Source of the DNA: Phycisphaerae bacterium
Lineage (GTDB): Bacteria > Planctomycetota > Phycisphaerae > Sedimentisphaerales > Anaerobacaceae
DNA: 64,000 nt
NCBI GenBank assembly: GCA_030615025.1
Contig: JAUXAB010000013.1
Coordinates: 3,655 to 67,654 of the forward strand
Reading direction: 5' to 3'
The first letter of the stretch is position 1. Each line of letters begins with the position of its first letter. A program made the translations under genes and the position numbers. The notes beneath the pieces were generated by a model. That model saw nothing but the letters and a program-made list of their open reading frames with translations. It was not told the DNA's origin and searched no databases. This document shows positions 20,941-29,645 of the stretch, piece by piece.

Positions 20941-21186
20941 GTAAACGGCCAGGACGTCACTTCAATTACGTTAGAGCTGGGCCAGTCGCGGGGTGTCGAA
21001 ATTCGCATTTCACAATTGCGAAGTATGGTTTGAGGGGGCAGGTGTTTGGTCGGTGGGGTGTGGTAAGTTGAGATACTTTTTCGGGTTCTGGGGGAGCGGA
21101 GAAGCTCGATCAACACTCAAAAACGACGTTTTGGCACAGTAAGCACATATAAATAGGGATATTTGGGGCTTATGTGATATTTTTTC

Positions 21187-21215
21187 TTGAATTTTATTCG
21201 ATAAGAGTGTATATT
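21187..21215 (+). promoter_or_regulatory. Sigma70-like promoter candidate (TTGAAT-17-TATATT)
   Basis: Hexamers at 21187-21192 and 21210-21215 in an AT-rich stretch about 150 nt upstream of the Hcp-domain gene. Promoter rules for this lineage are uncertain. Confidence 0.3.
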
Positions 21216-21355
21216 TATTATAATAAACTACCAGACTAACAAGAAGTGTTGAGAACTTCGGTTTTGAGTATTCGGGGGATGCCAGCGGTTTTTGTATCCC
21301 CTGGGTTGTTGTATATTCGTAAAGGAATTCGCAGTTAAAGAGGAATTGTGCTTTT

Positions 21356-22054
21356 TTGGAGGACACAAAAGTGGAAACAAAATACATAACAACGAAGGTG
21401 GTAATGGTCTGTCTGGTGTCACTTGTGCTGGTGCTGATATCTTTCAATGCCGGGGTCGGAGGGCTTGAGCCGCCCGGTCCGCCCGGTTCGCCCGAGTCGT
21501 CGATGCCAAGTCTTGGCGAGATCTATGCGGCGGCTTCGGGGACGCCGGGCGATGTTGCGGCTTATGATTGTTTTTTGAAAGTTGATGGGGTTCTGGGCGA
21601 AAGTACGGATGACAAGCATCAGGAGTGGATTGAGCTGCTGTCGTACAGTCACGGCGTTTCGCAGCCGGGCGCAGGGTCGACAAGTGGCGGCGTGAGGCGG
21701 TCCGCGGAGCGTTGTGACCACGCGGACTTTTCGATTGTCAAGACGCTGGACAAAGCAAGCCCAAAGCTGGCCCTATTCTGCTGCAATGGCAGCCACATCG
21801 GCACGGTGGTTGTTGAGCTTTGCAGGGCAACGGGTGACAAGCAGAAGTATATGGAGTACCGTTTGTCTGATGTGATAGTTACCGTGGTCCGGCCTGGTGG
21901 CAGTGCCCAGGGTGGTGAGGCGCTGCCGTTAGAGGAAGTCAGCTTCAACTATGGGAAGATTGAGTGGATATACACGGAGACCGACCATAAAACCGGAGAA
22001 CCCAAGGGGGACGTTATAGCCCATTGGGACTTAGTGGCGAATAAAGGCAGTTAA
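21356..22054 (+). CDS. Hcp-domain (T6SS tube protein family) protein with N-terminal signal/anchor extension
   Basis: Residues from about 77 onward align by eye along the full length of Hcp1: FLKVDGVLGESTDDKHQEWIELLSYSHGVSQPG...DFSIVKTLDKASPKLALFCCNGSHI...YRLSDVIVTVV..GGS..GGE...EEVSFNYGKIEWIY......G...HWDLVANK. The N-terminus carries the hydrophobic helix VVMVCLVSLVLVLISF plus PPGPPGSPES. TTG start at 21356; the in-frame GTG at 21371 lies 7 nt after GGAGGA and is probably the better start. Confidence 0.8.
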   Translation: MEDTKVETKYITTKVVMVCLVSLVLVLISFNAGVGGLEPPGPPGSPESSMPSLGEIYAAASGTPGDVAAYDCFLKVDGVLGESTDDKHQEWIELLSYSHGVSQPGAGSTSGGVRRSAERCDHADFSIVKTLDKASPKLALFCCNGSHIGTVVVELCRATGDKQKYMEYRLSDVIVTVVRPGGSAQGGEALPLEEVSFNYGKIEWIYTETDHKTGEPKGDVIAHWDLVANKGS

Positions 22055-22143
22055 AGAATTAAGCCGAAATGAAATTCGAGCTTTCTGAGAGTTGCCCGGG
22101 TTAATCCCCGGGCAAAATTCGGGCAGTAGGGAGGCAGGTTAAA

Positions 22144-22764
22144 ATGAGGTCAACAAAGTTACTGCTCGTTGTGGTTTTGTTGATGTTGTTGTCGGCCCCG
22201 GTCGGCTTGTGCGAGAATATTGACCCTTATGAAGACGACTCGCAGTACGCCTACGGTGCGAACGTCGGCTGGCTGAACTTTGAGCCGAACGAAGGGCCCG
22301 GCGTCACGGTCACCGAGACGGAGCTTAGCGGCTATGTCTGGGGGGCACAAATCGGCTGGATAAACCTCGACCCGAATTTCGGCGGGGTTGTAAACGACGG
22401 GACCGGCCGTTTGTCCGGTCACGCCTGGGGCGAAAATGTCGGCTGGATAAACTTTGACCCAAATGTTCCCGACGACCCCAATCGTTATGGTGTTACCGTC
22501 GATGAGCTTGGCAAGTTCGCCGGGTGGGCCTGGGGGCAAAATATCGGCTGGATAAACTTCAACTCGGCTGAGCTTTTTGACCAGGGTGTTCGGGCATGCA
22601 AGGTGGCTTTTGACGACCTTGCGAATTTTACCGACCACTGGCTCTCAATAGACCCCACTTCGCCCGGCAATCTAATCGCACCTACAGGTGTCGATGAACA
22701 TGACTACGCGGTCTTTGCCTGGTACTGGCGCTGTTTCTGCCCCGACGGCTGGCAACTTAAGTAG
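22144..22764 (+). CDS. Secreted protein with four G-x-N-[IV]-G-W-[IL]-N-[FL] repeats and dockerin-like CPxGW tail
   Basis: Signal peptide MRSTKLLLVVVLLMLLSAPVGLC. Repeats GANVGWLNFEPN, GAQIGWINLDPN, GENVGWINFDPN and GQNIGWINFNS. C-terminus ...FAWYWRCFCPDGWQLK. SD GGAGG before the ATG. Confidence 0.7.
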   Translation: MRSTKLLLVVVLLMLLSAPVGLCENIDPYEDDSQYAYGANVGWLNFEPNEGPGVTVTETELSGYVWGAQIGWINLDPNFGGVVNDGTGRLSGHAWGENVGWINFDPNVPDDPNRYGVTVDELGKFAGWAWGQNIGWINFNSAELFDQGVRACKVAFDDLANFTDHWLSIDPTSPGNLIAPTGVDEHDYAVFAWYWRCFCPDGWQLK

Positions 22765-22815
22765 GCCAAGGGCCCGCTCCGTCAACAGCGCTGTGCCTAA
22801 GGTATTGGTCCGTGT

Positions 22816-25107
22816 TCACTGCTTTTGTTCCTGGCTGCGTTTCCACTTCTTGAACTCCAAGACTTCGAGGTATATGCGTAACTGAGCGACATCGTCGCTG
22901 CGTCCGTTGCGCTGCATGTAATCAATTGCCTTTTGCAGTAGAGAGATTCCCTCATCGTAGCGTTCCTGGAATTCAAGGACCTTTGCAAGATTGACATAAT
23001 TGGCCAAATCATCGGGGTTTAGGTCGACAGCCCGTTTGAAAGCTTGGGCGGCGGCACTGAAATCGGCGATTTTGACGAGGGCGCTGCCCAGTCTGGAGTA
23101 GAGTTCAGGTGAGTCGGGGTGTTTTTGCGTATCCGTGCGGAAGCCCTGCACCGCCTTGAGTAAATGGTCTGTTGCCTCTTTTTCGTGTCCGGAGTTTTGC
23201 AGGGCGATGCCCAAATTGAAATGAACGTTTGGGATGTTGCGTTCTGCTTTGGTCTGTTCGTTGTATTCAACAGCTTTTTTGAAGGCCTCAACGGCTTTGG
23301 TGTAATCTCCCTGTTGAGCGCAAAGAAGGCCTATTTCCCTATACGCTTCTATTGCCAGTTGCGGTTTAGCGTGGGCAGCTTTTTTGTAACAGGCGATACT
23401 TTTTTGGAGCCTGCCCTGTTTGGCAAGCTTTTGCGCCTCTTTGAAATATTTGTGTGCCAGGAATCCTTTAGCACTTTTGCGAACCACCGGAGCAAGTAGA
23501 TTTTCAGCAGGGACATAGTCATCGGTCAAAACTATACCGTGGGATTTTTCTTTGAGGTAATCCATACCGGAGCTGCTTAAGCACCACAGTTGGATATCTT
23601 CCTTGTATCCTGAGATAATATCCTCGAAGTCGAGCTGTCGTTTAGCGGCAACAACGACAAAGGTATTGCGAGCCCACATGGGCATACGGGCCTCTGTTAT
23701 AACATAAACTTCAGCAAAGGTTTGCTGCAGGGTATTCACAACAGCACCGAGAAACTTTGCGCAGTCGTAGATGTCTATAAGGGTTACCATATAGACGCCG
23801 TCGTCGGTAAGGATATCTGAGATTTTATCATTGAATTCTTTTGTTACGAGCTGGTAAGGTACGGAATAATCATTAATGGCATCTTCGTAGATGAAGTCAT
23901 AAAGTTTTTTCTTACCGGTCTGACGCTGCTGTTGTAGAAGCTGATGGAGATAATTTCGTGCATCCATCGTGAGGGTTTTAATGGTGGTATCGCGTTTTAG
24001 GCCGAAGGCCTGCATAGCCGCCTCTGTGACGCCGGGGTCTATTTCCACCACCTCTATTAAGCTGCCGGGCCACATTTTTTCGACATATCTGGGATATACG
24101 TAGCCGCCCCCTCCGATTACCATCACGGAGAGTTTTTCTTTGCCGGCACTGAGACCATGCGTTATGGCGGCGTAAATTTTCGTATAGAAATATTGCAGGT
24201 CGGTTATATCACCCATTACTATTTTGCTGTGTGTCAGCTTGTCCTGGACGAACTCGCGTTTGTCGGGGTCTTGGGAGAGGCGTTTGACGGAGACATAGCA
24301 GTATGGCGTTTCGTCCTGATATATTACCTGAGGGTCGGGTTGCTCGCGAAGAGACAGGGCTGCAGCGGCAGCTTGACACCAATCCATCGGTGCCATTGCT
24401 ATTGCCATCGCGGACAGGAATACTACGGCCCAGATGCAGAATGGCCAAAGACGTATAGAGTAAAGAATGGCCATAAGCAAAAGTACCCCGCCGACGACCC
24501 AGACAATCTCTACGGTTCCCATCGCACCGATGAGCCAATATCCTGCAGCGAATGTACCCGCGATACTTCCGATGGCTCCCCAGGCATAGATAGTGCCGAC
24601 GGTTCTTCCAGTGGGCAGGTCCCTGTCGAGCGCCATTTTGGCCACTACGGGACTTATTGTTCCCAATAGCGTTGACGGCAGCATAAAAACAAGGAAAACG
24701 TGCGTGAATACTCGCGTCGGCCAACTAAGCTGCCATAACCAGATCCATTCGCCCACAAGGTTGTTGAGAATGACAATAGCTACACACGTACCCGATGAAG
24801 CCACAAAAAGCGCTGCCAAGACTTTTCGGGCTTGGAAGCGATCTGCGACTCGGCCCCCAAGGTAGTTACCCAAAGAAATCCCTGCGAGGACCACGCCAAT
24901 GACCGCCGTCCAGGTGTATAGAGACGATCCGAGGTGCCTGGCGATGAGCCGAGCCGCAACCAGCTCGAGGACCATGATACAAAAACTTGAAATAAAGACT
25001 GTCGCACTGGGGATTAACAAGGAAGTCGCCGGAGGAGTTTTGGGATTGTTTTGGGCATTTTCCATAATTATAGAGTTTAAGAACCTTATCGTTGTTAATG
25101 CAAGCAA
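22816..25107 (-). CDS. Fused polytopic membrane / spermidine-synthase-like / TPR protein
   Basis: About 230 aa of TM helices. Spermidine-synthase-type Rossmann motif (LSVMVIGGGGYVYPRY...VVEIDPGV...DAINDYSVPYQLVTKEF). C-terminal TPR repeats. The ATG at 25065 (MENAQNN) is an alternative start. Confidence 0.75.
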   Translation of the reverse strand: MLALTTIRFLNSIIMENAQNNPKTPPATSLLIPSATVFISSFCIMVLELVAARLIARHLGSSLYTWTAVIGVVLAGISLGNYLGGRVADRFQARKVLAALFVASSGTCVAIVILNNLVGEWIWLWQLSWPTRVFTHVFLVFMLPSTLLGTISPVVAKMALDRDLPTGRTVGTIYAWGAIGSIAGTFAAGYWLIGAMGTVEIVWVVGGVLLLMAILYSIRLWPFCIWAVVFLSAMAIAMAPMDWCQAAAAALSLREQPDPQVIYQDETPYCYVSVKRLSQDPDKREFVQDKLTHSKIVMGDITDLQYFYTKIYAAITHGLSAGKEKLSVMVIGGGGYVYPRYVEKMWPGSLIEVVEIDPGVTEAAMQAFGLKRDTTIKTLTMDARNYLHQLLQQQRQTGKKKLYDFIYEDAINDYSVPYQLVTKEFNDKISDILTDDGVYMVTLIDIYDCAKFLGAVVNTLQQTFAEVYVITEARMPMWARNTFVVVAAKRQLDFEDIISGYKEDIQLWCLSSSGMDYLKEKSHGIVLTDDYVPAENLLAPVVRKSAKGFLAHKYFKEAQKLAKQGRLQKSIACYKKAAHAKPQLAIEAYREIGLLCAQQGDYTKAVEAFKKAVEYNEQTKAERNIPNVHFNLGIALQNSGHEKEATDHLLKAVQGFRTDTQKHPDSPELYSRLGSALVKIADFSAAAQAFKRAVDLNPDDLANYVNLAKVLEFQERYDEGISLLQKAIDYMQRNGRSDDVAQLRIYLEVLEFKKWKRSQEQKQ

Positions 25108-25155
25108 AAAAACCGCTTTAGTGCCGATTTAGGCGAGAGTCCCGCACCTATTCTA

Positions 25156-25184
25156 TTGACGAGCCTTGTAATTCTTAGTATAAT
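25156..25184 (+). promoter_or_regulatory. Near-consensus sigma70 promoter (TTGACG-17-TATAAT)
   Basis: TTGACG at 25156-25161, a 17-nt spacer, then TATAAT at 25179-25184, in the divergent intergenic region upstream of the PD40 operon. Confidence 0.45.
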
Positions 25185-25247
25185 ATACACGTTGCGATAG
25201 GCGGTTTCGCCATACAGGGCATATAGCCAATAAAGGAATATCGCAGC

Positions 25248-25305
25248 AGGGAGACAGGGTGACGATAAGTTAGTTCTTTACAAATAGCCTGAGTCTCCCT
25301 TTTTC
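25248..25305 (+). terminator. Hairpin plus T-run (intrinsic-terminator-like or attenuator)
   Basis: AGGGAGAC (25248-25255) pairs with GTCTCCCT (25293-25300), with a further 3-bp extension, followed by TTTTT (25301-25305). The loop is long, about 30 nt. Confidence 0.35.
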
Positions 25306-25538
25306 TATGCCCGTTACGTCCTCTGTGGCTGGCTGCGCATAGGTTTTCTGTGCAATAGGTGTACGTTAGAATTTGAAGACGGCAAGTATGAGAATCGGTC
25401 AGATAAAACAATTAGCCACGAATTAACACCAATGGAAACAAATAAAAGAAAAAAATTAGAGCAAATTCGTAAAAATTCGTGGCAAAAATCTGTCCCGCCT
25501 ACCGGCGGGCAAAATGGGGTCACAGAACGGGGTTACCC

Positions 25539-26585
25539 ATGAAAAGCGCAGCCATTTTTATCTCTCTGATACTGACTCTCTCTGTAGTCAATGGAGCTGT
25601 TCGCGGACCGCGAACGCCAAACAGGCTAAGGCTCAGAAAGGTTCCGTCGCCGCGAGATGAGCTGAAGCTTGAAGAAATCCCTTTTAAGATAGTGTACGAA
25701 ACCTACCGCAAAACCAACGGCAGAAACAATTGGGAGCTGTACCTTATAAATGCCGATGGTTCCGATTCCGTCAATCTCACCCGGACCCCTGATACCGACG
25801 AGATGTATCCGCACGTTTCTCCTGATGGCACGAAGATTTGTTTCGTTTCTGATGAAGGGACAGGAAGAAGAAAGGTTCGAAGTGTCTACTACATGAACAT
25901 CGATGGGACTGGCCGAGTCATGGTTGCCAAAAATGCTCGCCAGCCCTGCTGGGGTCCGGACGGGAAAAGTATCGCATATCTAAAAGGAGAGTATGAGCGC
26001 TATAGTACCAGGGAGTACGCAACCTCGGGACTTTTCATCTATGATTTGCAGACTCGTCAGCATCGGCAGCACCCGAATAGGGCTTTGCACCACATTTATG
26101 CGATTTGCTGGTCGCCGGATGGCAACTGGTTTGTTGGTGCCGTGCACGGAGGCATGGATTACAGCGATACCATTCTGGCTCTTGAAGCAAATGGGACAAG
26201 AGTCTTCGATCTGGAACGATGGGCGGTCAAGGGCTGTAGGCCCGACCTCAGTCTCGACGGCAAGAGGATAGTATGGGGGGAGACTGATTGGAATCTATGT
26301 GTTGGCGATATCGACCTGAAGTCCCGTACCCCGCGGGTCGCTAATATTCGTGATGTTGTCAACTGCCTGCGCAAATCTAAAGTTTATCACGTTGACATCT
26401 CACCGGATGGCAGGTATATCGCTTTCAGCTATGGCCCTTTTAAAGGAGGGCAGCAGGTAGCGGGCAAAGCCAGAGGCTGGAATATCTGCGTCGGTGATTT
26501 GACAGGCAAATGGGTGCAAATCACCACTGATGGAAACCACAATAAGGAGCCCGATTGGGTGCCGATTGCGGCTCTGAGCCGTTAG
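25539..26585 (+). CDS. PD40/TolB-like beta-propeller protein, secreted (paralog 1)
   Basis: PD40 motifs SPDGTKICFVSD, GPDGKSIAYL, SPDGNWF, SLDGKRIVW and SPDGRYIAFS. The start at 25539 gives the signal peptide MKSAAIFISLILTLSVVNGA; the track ORF begins at 25479. Confidence 0.8.
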   Translation: MKSAAIFISLILTLSVVNGAVRGPRTPNRLRLRKVPSPRDELKLEEIPFKIVYETYRKTNGRNNWELYLINADGSDSVNLTRTPDTDEMYPHVSPDGTKICFVSDEGTGRRKVRSVYYMNIDGTGRVMVAKNARQPCWGPDGKSIAYLKGEYERYSTREYATSGLFIYDLQTRQHRQHPNRALHHIYAICWSPDGNWFVGAVHGGMDYSDTILALEANGTRVFDLERWAVKGCRPDLSLDGKRIVWGETDWNLCVGDIDLKSRTPRVANIRDVVNCLRKSKVYHVDISPDGRYIAFSYGPFKGGQQVAGKARGWNICVGDLTGKWVQITTDGNHNKEPDWVPIAALSR

Positions 26586-26643
26586 GCGAAGGCGAAGTAG
26601 AAATAATGTGGTCAAAAAGAATCAAAGCGAAAAAGGAGGCAAT

Positions 26644-27672
26644 ATGGCAAAGACTAAGTTGTCTTCAACAGGTATAGGCATTATTTTCCCACTTTTGTTA
26701 ATTCTCTTTACGGTAAATGAAGATGTTTGCGGGTTACCATCGCTTTCTGAGGAGAAGTTAAAGGAAATCCCCTTTAAAATAGTGTACGAAACCTACCGTA
26801 AAACCAATGGCAGGGAGAACTGGGAATTGTACCTGATAAATGCGGATGGTTCCAACCCTGTTAATCTCACCAATACCCCTGATGTGGATGAGATGTATCC
26901 CCACGCCTCTCCTGATGGTACGAAAATCTGCTTCGTTGCGGATGAAGGTGCAGGAAACAGGAGAGTCCGAAATGTCTACTATATGAACATCGACGCCAGT
27001 GGACGCGTCAAGGTTGCTGATAACGCACGGCAGCCGTGTTGGGGGCCCGATGGGAAAACTATCGCCTATCTAAAGGGAGAATTTGCCCGTTACACTATTA
27101 AGGACTACGCCACTAAAGGGCTTTTCTTTTACGATATAGAGACGCGCAAACACAGAGAACACCCAAATAGAAGTTTACATCACCTTTACAATATTTGCTG
27201 GTCACCCGATGGTAACTGGTTTCTCGCCACCGTGCATGGTGGAATGGGTTTCAAACATGCAAACCTAACTTTTGAAGCCAATGGAACCAGAGTCTTTGAT
27301 TTAACAAAGTATGGGGTCACGGGTTGTAGGCCTGATTGTAGTCTCGATGGCAAGAAGATAACGTGGGGATTGACTGATTGGGATTTATGCACGGCCAGGA
27401 TCGACTTAACATCCTCAGTACCGCGAGTAACTGACGTTCGGCGCGTTATCAAGTGTGGAAAAGAGCATGAGGTTTATCACTCTGACTTCTCACCGGATGG
27501 CAGGTACCTCGCATTTAGTTACGGCCCCAAGGCACAAGAGATGGTCGGTGGTAAGGCGCCGGGCTGGAATATATGTGTCAGTGATATGACAGGCAAATGG
27601 GTGAAAGTCACCACTGATGGAAACCACAATAAGGAGCCTGATTGGGTGCCGACCGGGACTGTGAGCCGTTAA
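26644..27672 (+). CDS. PD40/TolB-like beta-propeller protein, secreted (paralog 2)
   Basis: About three quarters aa identity to the upstream gene by eye. The ATG at 26644 follows AAGGAGG; the track ORF begins at 26608. Confidence 0.8.
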   Translation: MAKTKLSSTGIGIIFPLLLILFTVNEDVCGLPSLSEEKLKEIPFKIVYETYRKTNGRENWELYLINADGSNPVNLTNTPDVDEMYPHASPDGTKICFVADEGAGNRRVRNVYYMNIDASGRVKVADNARQPCWGPDGKTIAYLKGEFARYTIKDYATKGLFFYDIETRKHREHPNRSLHHLYNICWSPDGNWFLATVHGGMGFKHANLTFEANGTRVFDLTKYGVTGCRPDCSLDGKKITWGLTDWDLCTARIDLTSSVPRVTDVRRVIKCGKEHEVYHSDFSPDGRYLAFSYGPKAQEMVGGKAPGWNICVSDMTGKWVKVTTDGNHNKEPDWVPTGTVSR

Positions 27673-27720
27673 GTGAATGCGAAACTTACGACAAAAAGTC
27701 CTTGTTCAGGAATATAGCGG

Positions 27721-29634
27721 ATGGACATGAGATTTACTAAACTGACCGCACTTGTACCTGCGGTTACGCAAGTGCAGGCAAGAATCTTTTGTCCGTTGCT
27801 GATATTATTATTAATGATGCCTGGCTGCCGCCGTGCAAAGGACGCCACCGACGTGCCACAGGTTGTAAAGACAAAGACCGGTATAGAAATGGTTGTACTT
27901 CCTGGAGGCTTCTTTGAGATGGGAAGCAAAAAAGGACCGCCTGACGAGTCACCCGTACACAGGGTATGGCTCAGCCCTTTTTGGATGGACAGATTCGAAG
28001 TAGTTCAGGAACAATTCAAAAAGTATCAAATCTCTGACCCCTCTCATTTCAAGAATCCAAAGCATCCCTTAGAACAGATAAACTGGACTGATGCAGCCCG
28101 ATATTGCAATGAGCGTTCACTCGCAGAGGGCCTTGAGCCTTGCTACGATGAAGAAACTTGGAAATGCAACTTTCAGGCAAACGGATACAGGCTGCCGACA
28201 GAAGCAGAATGGGAGTATGCCTGTCGGGCAGGCACGAGCGCGAAGTACAGCTTTGGTAATGATGTACGCAAACTCAAAGCATATGCCTGGTTCGCCGCTA
28301 ACTCATCCGGAAAGACACATCCTGTCGGGACAAAGAGGCCAAATCCATGGGGGCTTTATGATATGTATGGGAATGTGGCAGAGTGGTGCAGCGATTTTTA
28401 TTCCGAGAATTATTACAAGCAAAGCCCCCGGAAAAACCCAAAAGGGCTGGCGAAAGGCCAGGAAAGGGTCCTGAGAGGTGGCGCATGGAACTGGAGCGCC
28501 GATAGCCTCCGGTCATCTTATCGTGCGAGCGACCCTTCTATTGATGATACCTGTCTTGCCAGCGATGCTATAGGCTTTCGCTGCGTAAGAAATGCCCCTG
28601 ATAACATATCTGCCGAACAGGATACGATAAAAGGAAATCAGCCTCAAAGAACGGCAAAAACAGGATTTGTTTACGATGATATTTACCTCGAGCACAAAAC
28701 GACCGCAGGCCATCCCGAGGCGCCGCAAAGATTGGTCGCAATAGTCGAGAGGTTAAAAGCGAAGGCCTTGTACTCTCAATTATTCATGCTCACGCCGTCG
28801 CCGTCCGCGGTGGAATGGCTTACAATGGTTCACAGCCCTGAGTATATACAGCGGGCCGGAGACAGTTGCGAAGACGGCACAAGATATTTGGATTCCATGG
28901 ACACTCCAATATCGCCGAAATCCTATGATGTGGCGTTAATGGCCGTAGGGGGAGTATTTTCCGCCATTGATGCGGTTATGCAGAAGAAGGTCACGAATGC
29001 CTTTTGCGCTGTCCGTCCCCCGGGTCACCACGCAGTACGGGACGGGGCAATGGGGTTCTGCATCTTCAATAATATTGCCATTGGCGCCCGCTATATTCAA
29101 AAAAAATACAACCTGTCAAAGATACTCATTGTGGATTGGGACGTGCACCATGGCAACGGTACTCAAGCAGCGTTTTATGATGACCCTAACGTCTTATACT
29201 TTAGCGTGCACCAGTATCCCTTCTATCCGGGCACCGGAAGTGAAGCAGAAAGGGGAAGTGGAAAAGGTCTGAATTACAATATTAACGTGCCCTTGCCGGC
29301 CGGTTCCACAGACGCCGATTACCTGCGGGTCTTTGAAGAGAAACTTGAGCCCGCAGCCCTTGCCTTCTCTCCGGACTTTGTGCTTATCTCTGCGGGATTC
29401 GATGCCCACAAAGATGACTTGCTCGGCGGTATGAAGGTCACTGCCCAAGGATTTGCGGAACTGACGCAAATCGTCAAGCAGATAGCGGAGAAGTGCTGCG
29501 AAGGTCGCCTCGTTTCTGTTCTTGAAGGAGGGTATGATTTGGAAGCACTGGCTGACTCGGTAGAAGCACACATTCGTGTTTTGATGAGAGGGACCCCATT
29601 TTGCAAAAAGATCGCAAAATGGGAGCCCAGATAG
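27721..29634 (+). CDS. Fusion protein: FGE-sulfatase (SUMF1-like) domain + class II HDAC/acetylpolyamine-amidohydrolase-like deacetylase domain, with N-terminal signal-like segment
   Basis: FGE motifs GYRLPTEAEWEYACRAGT, NPWGLYDMYGNVAEWCSDFY and RVLRGGAW. HDAC motifs VRPPGHHA, DWDVHHGNGTQ, SAGFDAHKDD and EGGY. N-terminus ...IFCPLLILLLMMPGCRR, a possible lipobox. Confidence 0.85.
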   Translation: MDMRFTKLTALVPAVTQVQARIFCPLLILLLMMPGCRRAKDATDVPQVVKTKTGIEMVVLPGGFFEMGSKKGPPDESPVHRVWLSPFWMDRFEVVQEQFKKYQISDPSHFKNPKHPLEQINWTDAARYCNERSLAEGLEPCYDEETWKCNFQANGYRLPTEAEWEYACRAGTSAKYSFGNDVRKLKAYAWFAANSSGKTHPVGTKRPNPWGLYDMYGNVAEWCSDFYSENYYKQSPRKNPKGLAKGQERVLRGGAWNWSADSLRSSYRASDPSIDDTCLASDAIGFRCVRNAPDNISAEQDTIKGNQPQRTAKTGFVYDDIYLEHKTTAGHPEAPQRLVAIVERLKAKALYSQLFMLTPSPSAVEWLTMVHSPEYIQRAGDSCEDGTRYLDSMDTPISPKSYDVALMAVGGVFSAIDAVMQKKVTNAFCAVRPPGHHAVRDGAMGFCIFNNIAIGARYIQKKYNLSKILIVDWDVHHGNGTQAAFYDDPNVLYFSVHQYPFYPGTGSEAERGSGKGLNYNINVPLPAGSTDADYLRVFEEKLEPAALAFSPDFVLISAGFDAHKDDLLGGMKVTAQGFAELTQIVKQIAEKCCEGRLVSVLEGGYDLEALADSVEAHIRVLMRGTPFCKKIAKWEPR

Positions 29635-29645
29635 AAGGACTCGAA

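Noticed and set aside
21010-21447. 145-aa minus-strand ORF spanning the AT-rich region upstream of the Hcp-domain gene.
   Set aside because: It overlaps the Hcp gene start and the promoter-like AT-rich DNA. Its composition is low-complexity and it has no recognisable motifs.
25191-25245. Resemblance of GGCGGTTTCGCCATAC... to the fluoride (crcB) riboswitch 5' half.
   Set aside because: The downstream conserved elements of that motif are absent. The downstream genes also have no link to fluoride resistance.
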